Position numbers and translations under genes: made by a program. A stretch of 64,000 nucleotides of DNA, from the NCBI GenBank assembly GCA_918797485.1, contig CAKKNE010000005.1:3100001-3164000 (forward strand). Direction: 5' to 3'. Shown here piece by piece: positions 34,301 through 42,531 of the stretch. Each line of letters starts with the position of its first letter. The stretch's first letter is position 1. The notes under the pieces are model-generated. The model did not search any database and was not told the origin of the DNA. It was given only the letters and a program-made list of their open reading frames with translations. Origin of the DNA: Pelagomonas calceolata. Its lineage: Eukaryota.

Positions 34301-34729
34301 CATCAGCAAGGTACAATCTTGTAACAGATCTCGTCCGAGGTCTCTGGTCACGATGTTGGCCAGACAATTTACCGCTAGTCCTACCTCATACTGTGAGGTA
34401 CTTTGGAACTCCTTCTTCAGTAAGTTCGTCGTAAGTAGGACGACATCCGTCGTCTCGCAGAAGCACTGGCAGGCCGCCAAGTATCCTATTCTTTTATGAG
34501 CAAAGCGCGGTTGCGACATCGTCTCCACAATCGCAAACGACGCCCACGACACGTCATACCCCAACATCTGCAGATAAGTAAGTTTCCGGACCGCTTGGGC
34601 CTTGACGAAGGGGTCCACATTCTTCAACTCTTTTTTACATTCCGCGATGGCCGTGGACACGAAGGCCGCGGGGTCCCGTTTATGTGCTCTTATCCCCTTC
34701 ACCAAGTCCTGGAGGGACTTCTCGAACAT
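31355..34729 (-). CDS. AP3D1: AP-3 complex subunit delta; introns 32247..32351 and 31694..31876
   Basis: MFEKSLQDLVKGIRAHK, KRIGYLAA, LLTTSSNNWMLIK, DPDQNLKYLGL. A GTGCGT..CGCAG intron links to the terminal exon 31355-31693 in frame. Confidence 0.95.
32247..32351 (-). mobile_element. Probable in-frame degenerate introner-like intron (105 bp)
   Basis: GTCCAG...CCACGCAG with CGCCGTCGACGCGACG core; translates as an out-of-character Arg/Pro insert. Confidence 0.55.
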
Positions 34730-35344
34730 CTTTGTCTATGTATGAGTGTTTCGTTCGCGCCGCGCGCTTTGCGCCGCAGTGGCTGGCAAGCAGTTTTGCC
34801 CTGGACAGCGCTGCAGCGGCGCGGCGGCCGTCGTTGGCGTTAGGTAGTGGTCAGTGGCAGCGATGGCAACAACTACGCCTACTCAACGACCGCAACAAAG
34901 GTATGCTGGGTTACGCCGCAGCAAATAAGCTTGCGCGACTGCGCCCCGGCTTGCTAGTGTCTTACTGCCGCTAGCCTTCGGAGGGCTCGTTTTCTGTTTG
35001 GAGCTCTCTTTTCTAGGCATTTGAAGGCATGAATGCAATCGATTTGCGGCCAGCAGCAGGTCGCGGCGCTCGAATTTCAGCTTTTTTGGCCGGCGGCACA
35101 GGGCCATTGTGCAATCACTGTGCAGCATTTGACGCTTCGAACACAGCTGGTTGCAGTAATTTATCACAATAAAGCTGCTGCACCCGTCAAAAAGCTGCGA
35201 CGCACCGCTACAGTAGCCCCAGGCAAGCACAGCCCACCCAAGCTGCTGAGCGCGGCGCGACAGCAGCACGCGCAGCGTTGCGGTGGAAGCAAGCACGCGA
35301 ACGCAGCAGCACGCGAACGCAGCAGAGCAAGCACAGCATCGGCC

Positions 35345-36802
35345 ATGCGACAGCGCCGCAAGTCCCAGAGCATCATACGAGGCCGCGACCTGCTCCTCAT
35401 AGGACTCATCGCGACCTGCGTGCTGCATTTGTACGTCGTGACACAGACGCACCACCAAGCAGCCGAACCGGAAGACATCGTCGAGATCGAGCTCTACCGA
35501 GGAGAAACCCCTCCTGCCGGCTACGTGGGCTACTACTGCCAGTCCGACGGCGTCAAGTGCCACACGGAAACGCACAAGTGCTGGGACTCGGCGATCTGCG
35601 CCGAGGTGCCAGCAGAGCGACGACCACCACCACCACAAAAAAAGAAGAAAGTCATCGCCTACGCCATCTCCGTGACCGGCGACTCGCCGGGCTGGAACGG
35701 CATCGACGGCGCCGCGGTGTTGGGTCATTCTGCCGTACGAGCACATAGAAACTCGTCGTACGACGCCGCGCTCGTGGCCTTCGTGTCGCCTTCAGTCTCA
35801 GAAGCAGGACGACATAAGCTGGAGAAGGTCGGGTTTCGAGTCCTGGAGAAGAAGCTGCCGGTCGAAGTAGAAGAGATACAAGGTAAGTTACTGAGGGAGA
35901 AGATTTCCAGTAATGGGTGCTGCGGCGCGTGGGAACTGCTGAAGTTGTACGCGTGGACCCTGACGGAGTATCATAGGGTAGTCCACTTAGATGTAGATAG
36001 CTTGGTGCTCCAGAACTTTGATGAGCTCTTCGACGATGACCCCACGGTGGGGGGCGCCGTCCTATCACCTACAGCTATCAGTACAGCCAAAAAAAACTTC
36101 GAGAAGCGCGACACGTCCTTACCAGTATTGGAAGGTATCTACGCCCAGTACACCATGGACTGGAACATGGCCCAAAGACCGTGGGGTAGTAATCCCCCGG
36201 TCCAGGGCGGTTTTGTGATTGCGAGGCCCTCTCTAGTTGTATATGAGGAGATGGTTGCTATCGTGCGGAAAGGAGACTTCCAAGGTGGCTGGGGCGGGAC
36301 GCGGGCCGGCGCCTTCTACGGCGGCATGACTATACAAGGCTTGCTACCTTACTACTTCATGCACTACCGACCCGGGACTGGTCGGGAAGTTCGGGGCTGC
36401 GTCTACAACAACATGGCCTCGAACCCAAGAAATGTCGGAGGCTTCGGCAAGGGCGACTGCCGGGACGGGACCGTGCCTCCCGCGTCAGGGGCGTACACCG
36501 GCGATATTAACAAAGGAGACTGCGAGGACTGCCGGTTGTCGCGCGTCGAGGACGTGAAGGTCGTGCATTTTACGATCTGCCAGAAGCCCTGGGAGTGCCA
36601 CGGCACTTCGACGTCGTGCTACTACTGCAAGATCTGCAACCAGTTTCATAGGAAATGGTTCGAGATCAGGGAGGAGCTGGAGCGGGAGCGCGGCGCCTAC
36701 CAATCGGAATTGTACGCCCACGGCAAGACGCCGGCTCGTCGAAACATGTGCCGGTCCTACAATAGGGCGGGCTACATCCCGATCGATGTGAGTAAACTGT
36801 GA
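35345..36802 (+). CDS. Glycosyltransferase family 8 (glycogenin-like), type II membrane protein
   Basis: N-terminal TM; LLKLYAWTLTEYHRVVHLDVDSLVLQNFDELF (DxD); VVHFTICQKPW. Confidence 0.88.
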   Translation: MRQRRKSQSIIRGRDLLLIGLIATCVLHLYVVTQTHHQAAEPEDIVEIELYRGETPPAGYVGYYCQSDGVKCHTETHKCWDSAICAEVPAERRPPPPQKKKKVIAYAISVTGDSPGWNGIDGAAVLGHSAVRAHRNSSYDAALVAFVSPSVSEAGRHKLEKVGFRVLEKKLPVEVEEIQGKLLREKISSNGCCGAWELLKLYAWTLTEYHRVVHLDVDSLVLQNFDELFDDDPTVGGAVLSPTAISTAKKNFEKRDTSLPVLEGIYAQYTMDWNMAQRPWGSNPPVQGGFVIARPSLVVYEEMVAIVRKGDFQGGWGGTRAGAFYGGMTIQGLLPYYFMHYRPGTGREVRGCVYNNMASNPRNVGGFGKGDCRDGTVPPASGAYTGDINKGDCEDCRLSRVEDVKVVHFTICQKPWECHGTSTSCYYCKICNQFHRKWFEIREELERERGAYQSELYAHGKTPARRNMCRSYNRAGYIPIDVSKL

Positions 36803-36812
36803 TTAATACTTA

Positions 36813-36868
36813 TAGCTTCAGTCGCGGCCCACACCATGTTAGGAGTGTGGGCCGGTCACGTAGAACTA
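36813..36868 (-). promoter_or_regulatory. SECIS element of the cysteine synthase-ACP-Rdx gene
   Basis: Minus strand UAGUUC uac GUGAC CGGCCCACAC uccuaacaug GUGUGGGCCG CGAC u GAAGCUA: UGA/GA core with a perfect 10-bp helix II; begins at the TAG stop, about 220 nt after the in-frame TGA. Confidence 0.82.
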
Positions 36869-38494
36869 AAAATGGGACGCGATGGCGGCGGCGAGCGTCG
36901 CCCTACGACCAGGTGTGTCCACGAAGCCGTAGGGCGACAATACTGTCTCCTCGGTACCACATACAAGAGTCACGCGGAACGCGCCAGTCATACCACTTTC
37001 GACAAACCCTTCAACCACCAAACCCTCGAAGAGCGACGCCAGGAAAGCTTTGAGAGCTTCGAACTGGGCGCCGAAGAGCGGGTCTCAGCCGCCGCAGTAG
37101 GCTACCCTTATCACACAACCATCAGGCGCCTTACCGCCGTGGAACGGCGCGTCGTCCGCATCCAGCCTCAATAGAACCCTTGCTAAATCGCGCACCGACC
37201 CCAACAGCGCCACCTTCAATAAAGCTACTTTTGCCCCCGGCATTTGAGAATCGCGGCCCGCTAATGCCAACTTCCCCAGCAATCGCGCCGCGGTGAGCGA
37301 CGAGGCCCCGAGGTCCTCGAGGCGCGCCTCCACCGGTATGTTTTCGCAGTTGAGGAGCTCGGCGGCCATCCTCGCGAGCTCATTCTCGAGCGCGCGGCGC
37401 GTCTCCACGACCGGATCATTCGATGAATGCACTGATGGCTCTGGTCGGGAGAGGTCTTGGAGTTTCCGCAGCTCCCTCCCATCGTCCACCACAACATCAG
37501 TGAGGCCGAGCTCCGCCTCCGCTTGTCTCCGGTGCGCGTCAAAGAGCGGGTGCGTGAGGTAGCGCTCCCCTGCTGAAGGTAAGATAACGACGACGCGCTT
37601 GCCTTCGCCCAGCTCCGACGCGACGTCCCGCGCCACTCTGAGCGCCGCGCCCGACGACGGCCCCGCCAATACCCCATCTCGCATGGATACGGCGCGCGCC
37701 TCGTCCAACGCATCAGCCAGGGAGCAGCTCCGGAATTCATCAACTTGGACCCGTTGGCCTTCGTCTGTTTCATCTTTATTGCACACGAACGCGAGAGGTA
37801 CACCTGCTCCAATACCCGTGACTCCATGCCCGTTGTGGTGCACTCCACCAGATAAAGTTCGGGAGAGCTCGGGCTCCACTACCACAATTTTCGGAGGTTG
37901 TACACCACTCTGCGATGCGAGGGACCGTAGAGCTCTTGTAATACCAGAGGCCGTGCCGCCCGTGCCCGCGCCCAATACAACAGCGTCCAGCCTCCCACCA
38001 CACTGGCGCCAGAGCTCCGGTCCCGTCCCATTTAAATGTGCTTCCGCATTACAGGGGTTCGAGAACTGAGCCGTGTAGTAGGCCCGGTCTCCCAAAGCTT
38101 CAGCGGCCTTTTTGGCCAGCCGCAGCATCCCCTCGGCGCCTTCGTTCGGCTCACTTAGTAGTACAACACCACCGTACGCTTTGATGAGCGCGTACCTTTC
38201 GACATTCGTGCACACGCGCGGCATACTTACAACACACCCATAACCTTTGGAGGCGGCGACCATGGCTAATGCTATACCAGTATTGCCGGAGGTGGCATCC
38301 ACTAGCACGGAGCCCTTCCTCAACAACTGGCGCCGTTCCGCGTCCTCCACGATAGCTAACGCTGCTCTATCCTTGACCGAGCCGCCGGGGTTGAGGAATT
38401 CGAGTTTTGCGAGGAGTTCGGCGCTGTTTGACTGGAGGCGCAGCAGCGGCGTCCTTCCTATTAAATCTGTGATGCTGGAGGCGATGTCCTCCAT
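36866..38494 (-). CDS. Cysteine synthase (PLP) / acyl-carrier-like / SelW-Rdx fusion selenoprotein, 542 aa, Sec470 (TGA 37085-37087)
   Basis: CysK motifs KLEFLNPGGSVKDR, ATSGNTGIAL, GAGTGGT, GPSSGA; carrier-like LEDLGASSLTAARLL; then IRVAYCGG-U-DPLFGAQFEALKAFL...GMTGAFRVTL...GFVDT...LAAAIASHF-TAG. Confidence 0.85.
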
Positions 38495-38784
38495 TTTATG
38501 AACTACGGCATGGCTCGGCTATGGGCAGCCCATATGGCTGTCGAGCGCTCGAGCGCTCTGCACTTCAGGCAAGCGCTCTGCGGCCTCTCACGCGGCGATT
38601 TCGGGTTTTGCAGGTCCGCGCGCAGGCGTCAGGGGGCAGCCCCGCGACGGCTCCGCCCCCATGGAATAGTCCTCGGACCCGGCACGTGGGGGTCGGCGAC
38701 AGCGCCGGCAAGTGCAAAGCAGTTTCACCTTCGCTGCGAAGTGGCTTATTAGCGGCGAGCGAGGCAGCGCAACTTGCAGCGAAG

Positions 38785-39846
38785 ATGCAGGAGCCGACGG
38801 CGGCCGCCATCGGCGAGGTCCAGGCGGCCTTCGGCGCCGACCCGGTAGCAGCGATGTGCCTGTACAAGGCCAGGAGCACCCTCCAAGATGGCCTCTGCAC
38901 CAAACTGAGCTTCCCGAACACGCCGGAGCACGGCGAGACCGTCGTGGACGAGCCGCCGACGATGCCGGGCGGCAAAGACGCGGGGCCGAACCCCATGGAT
39001 GTTTGTCTTGGTGCTCTGGCGACGTGCCAGGAGATCTCGTACAAGGCCTTTGCTACCGTGATGGGGATTGAGGTCAAATCCGTGGCTTGTTCTGTGGAGG
39101 GCGAGCTCGACTTGCGTGGCTTTCTCGGTGTGGACGAGAGTGTAGCGAAAGGGTTCACGAAGATCACCGGTACGGTGACCGTGGACGCTCCTGATGCCTC
39201 CCAAGAGCAGCTGGACCAGCTCAAGGGCGCCGTGGACGCCCACTGCCCCATGTGCGATTTCCTATCCGGCACATGCACGCTGACGTTAGACGTTAAAACG
39301 CAAGCTCCCACGGATGCCACGCGCGACGACGGTTCACTAAGCGCGCAAGCCATCGGGGAGCTCGGCGCTGCGTTGGGCGCGGACCCGTCGGCCGCCCTGT
39401 GCACGTACAAAGCGTCCTCGAAACTCGAGAAGGGCCTCGCGTCCTCACTCACTTACCCGAACACGCCGCACCACGGCCCCTACGCGACGGACGAGCCCCA
39501 ATCGATGCCCGGCGGCCAGAACACGGGCCCGAACCCCATGGATTTGGTGCTGGGCGCGCTGACGACGTGCCAGGACATCACGTACAAGGCCTACGCGACG
39601 GCGCTAGGCATTGATGTGCAAAGGGTCGAGACGGCTTGTGAAGGAGACCTGGACCTGCGCGGCTTCCTGGGTGTCGACGAGGCCGTGCGGAAGGGCTTCC
39701 AAGTCATAAGAGGCACGGTGACGCTCACGACGAACGCTGATGAAGCGACGATCACAAAACTCAAGGGCGCGGTCGACGCCCATTGCCCGATGTGCGCGAC
39801 GATTTCCGACAAGATTCCCGTCTCCTTGACGGTCGTGAAGGCGTGA
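38785..39846 (+). CDS. Tandem double OsmC/Ohr-family protein
   Basis: Two ~170-aa repeats, each DEP..MPGG...GPNPMD..LGAL.TCQ.I.YKA...EG.LDLRGFLGVDE...LKGAVDAHCPMC with both catalytic Cys. Confidence 0.9.
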   Translation: MQEPTAAAIGEVQAAFGADPVAAMCLYKARSTLQDGLCTKLSFPNTPEHGETVVDEPPTMPGGKDAGPNPMDVCLGALATCQEISYKAFATVMGIEVKSVACSVEGELDLRGFLGVDESVAKGFTKITGTVTVDAPDASQEQLDQLKGAVDAHCPMCDFLSGTCTLTLDVKTQAPTDATRDDGSLSAQAIGELGAALGADPSAALCTYKASSKLEKGLASSLTYPNTPHHGPYATDEPQSMPGGQNTGPNPMDLVLGALTTCQDITYKAYATALGIDVQRVETACEGDLDLRGFLGVDEAVRKGFQVIRGTVTLTTNADEATITKLKGAVDAHCPMCATISDKIPVSLTVVKA

Positions 39847-40040
39847 TGGCACGCGACGAGCCCCCCTTCCCTGCTTGCGGAACGCCAATATGACGCGTGC
39901 CGGCGCTTTCTGGGAAAGTGCCGGGACGCCGAGGAAATCCAGAATCGTTCCCTCTCACCGCGGGACTGCCTTACAAAGGGTAGTCTAACCCCGCGGTGGC
40001 GCTTCGCCCGCCCGCCATAATACTAGTCTGAATGAATAGG

Positions 40041-41711
40041 TTACTTATACCACTCCCTCCTCAATAAGAGCTGGGAGAAGGCCCAGTCCCCCAATATCAC
40101 TGCTAAACCACCGGCGACGACGGACGCCGTGATCGCCCGCGGCACGTCCCGAGGGGCTAGGTCCGCTCTCCGGGAAATAATTTCCGCCACGACGACGATC
40201 AACGTGATGTAGACCAACGCTTTGAAGACGTTGTGCGCGGGCGGCCACGTCGCCAATTCCACAAAATTACGGTAGAAGGACCATTCATGTGAACATCGTA
40301 ATGGAGGCAACAACGCGTCCTTCACGCCCTCGAAATACCAGCTCTCGTCGATGTCGTCACCCAGACCGTAGATCCGCGCGACCGGCCCGCCTATACACAC
40401 GGCTAGCAACGACCCGAGCGCGGTCAAGACCGGCGCCGCGGCCCACGCCGCCACCAGTGAAGGCAGTAGGGACCACGATCTCGGAGAGCGCCCCAGCGTC
40501 TTGAGGAGCTTGTTCTGCGCCGTGGCCTGCATCGTGGCCACTTCACCAGCGTAACTCCCGCCTAATCTTCCACTCAACAACAGAGCTGCTAACAGTGGTC
40601 CTAACTCAATAACAAAGAGCTTCGCCAGGCCCTGCGCATAGAGAACTCGTTTCGCTTTAGGTAACGCAGACCTAACCATGCCCTGGGCCTTGCCTTTGAC
40701 GGCCATGCGCGTCATCATCTTTTGTAGGTCCGAGGCTTCTTTGCCCGACAGCAAGTCGACCATCGGTAAAACTTCTTTCTCTAGTATCTGGTCGACCTGG
40801 TCTGTCACATCTAATTTGGCGAGTAAGTCGGCCGTGAGCATGGCGACGGCGACGCCGGCGGCCGCGAACGCCAAAAGTATCAAAGGTAAGGATAGGGCGA
40901 AGTAGTCCACGGTCTTCGCTCGCATGCGAAACAAGACCCGAAACGCGCTTCTACTCCTTACGTCTCCGCGTAGCCAGGCGCAGTAGCGCGCCTTCCGTTT
41001 TATCGTGTCTTCCCGGATGGCTGGTACCAAGGCTATTGATCTAGGTGCGTCGCAGACAAGCTTCACTAAAGCAGGCTGGTGCGACACTAGTAATAAAGAA
41101 GCGCCGTGTTCTCGCCTTAACACTCCTAACTCCTTCGCTACTGCTCTGGCTGCGCGCTCGTCCAATCCGGTAAAGGGCTCGTCTAGGACCACAACGCGTT
41201 TCCTCTGTGCGAGTTGCAATGCTAAAGATGCTCTTCGAGCCATCCCACCGGACAGCTCCTGGGGCATCTTGCGCCCATCCCTCGCCCAGTCAAGGCCCAC
41301 CGCCTCGACGAGTCTTTTTGGTTCCTCTACCGAGTGGACGCCGCACGCGGCCAACGCGTTCGCCACGTTGCCGCCCACGCTCAAGGCATCGACTAACGTC
41401 GTCTGCTGAAATAGAGCACCGACGCGCTCCCGCTTGTCTATGCTGGCATCCCAGTCGACGCTGACGTGGATGCCCAACCGTCTCGCACTGCCTAACCCCG
41501 CGACCTCCGCCGCTAATGTAGTTTTCCCAACACCAGAAGGCCCCTGGAGCCAGACGACCTCGCCCCGCGCCAATTGGAACTTTACTTCTCCATCGTCCCG
41601 GAACGGGCATTTTGATGGATCGACACAACTAGCCGAAACAGTAGCGTAGGGCGCCCGCATTGCCTTCTCGGCGCCGTGCCAGTCCGGGCGGCTGGACCAG
41701 TTGCGGTTCAT
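40041..41711 (-). CDS. ABC ATPase (MlaF/TGD3-like) fused to MlaE/TGD1-like permease
   Basis: GPSGVGKTT, LSGGMARR, VVVLDEPFTGLD, LVSH; then ELGPLLAALLLSGRLGGSYAGEVATM...LKTLGRSP, matching the MlaE signature. Confidence 0.85.
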   Translation of the reverse strand: MNRNWSSRPDWHGAEKAMRAPYATVSASCVDPSKCPFRDDGEVKFQLARGEVVWLQGPSGVGKTTLAAEVAGLGSARRLGIHVSVDWDASIDKRERVGALFQQTTLVDALSVGGNVANALAACGVHSVEEPKRLVEAVGLDWARDGRKMPQELSGGMARRASLALQLAQRKRVVVLDEPFTGLDERAARAVAKELGVLRREHGASLLLVSHQPALVKLVCDAPRSIALVPAIREDTIKRKARYCAWLRGDVRSRSAFRVLFRMRAKTVDYFALSLPLILLAFAAAGVAVAMLTADLLAKLDVTDQVDQILEKEVLPMVDLLSGKEASDLQKMMTRMAVKGKAQGMVRSALPKAKRVLYAQGLAKLFVIELGPLLAALLLSGRLGGSYAGEVATMQATAQNKLLKTLGRSPRSWSLLPSLVAAWAAAPVLTALGSLLAVCIGGPVARIYGLGDDIDESWYFEGVKDALLPPLRCSHEWSFYRNFVELATWPPAHNVFKALVYITLIVVVAEIISRRADLAPRDVPRAITASVVAGGLAVILGDWAFSQLLLRREWYK

Positions 41712-42531
41712 CGCTTTTTCGGCGTTTCAACCGCAGTGAGAGCCTGTGCTCTCTTGCTGTTTTTGCTGCAGAGCGCAACGCCGGCCGAAGATCTCGCGCG
41801 GGCAAGGCGGCCTTATAAAAGGATGCTGCGCCACGCAAGTCTTTGGGAGAAATGTCCACGGAGCGGTGAACTGCGGCCTGCACCGCAGTATGGCTCTTTG
41901 TTGCAAGCCATGACGGCCCGACGCCCACGGGACTCGTCCGGGCGAGCCCATCCGTCGGGCCGTAAGATGAGGTTTCGTAACCCGAGGAAGCGGTGCGGGA
42001 GCCCGGTCGGCAAAGTGGAGTTTGTTTCAAGTTCGGATGCCTAGTTCGGGCCCTCCGTGCTGCAGCCATGCGACGGCTCCACGGAGCGGTCGCCGGAGCC
42101 GTGCGGGCGCGGGGACCCACAGAGTGCGGGGTTTGGGTGGGGGCAGCCGAGCAAGAGATTGGCCTTGGCATAACAAGCCAGCGAATCTCAGCTTCCGGGG
42201 CCGCGGATACCGGCGGGACACCATCCGGTACCAAACCCAGACGTTGGGCGCGCACCCTGACCCCAAGATCGCCGCCCCGCGAGCGGCATCCCTTAATTCG
42301 GCAGCCTAATCGCGAGGCGAATATCAGCGTCCCGCGCCCCCCGCCGCGCCCCCGCGCCACCCCCGCCCCCGCGCCGCGTCCGCACCCATATCCCAGACAT
42401 GCGCGCGGCGCCGCCGCCGCCCCCCCACCCCCTTTTATCATATGCTGGGCGCGCGCAGGCCGTACGCCGTCGCGCGAAGCAGAACACGCGTCGCCGGTGA
42501 TAGTCAACACCCTAGCACGAAAACAAAAAAG

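Noticed and set aside
37085..37087. TGA as the true stop of a 469-aa cysteine synthase
   Set aside because: It falls at the U of a CxxU Rdx motif; SelW-like sequence continues in frame and a SECIS-like hairpin follows.
39844..39846. TGA ending the OsmC gene as another Sec codon
   Set aside because: The domain is complete at VVKA, there is no redox motif context, and no SECIS-like hairpin was recognised downstream.
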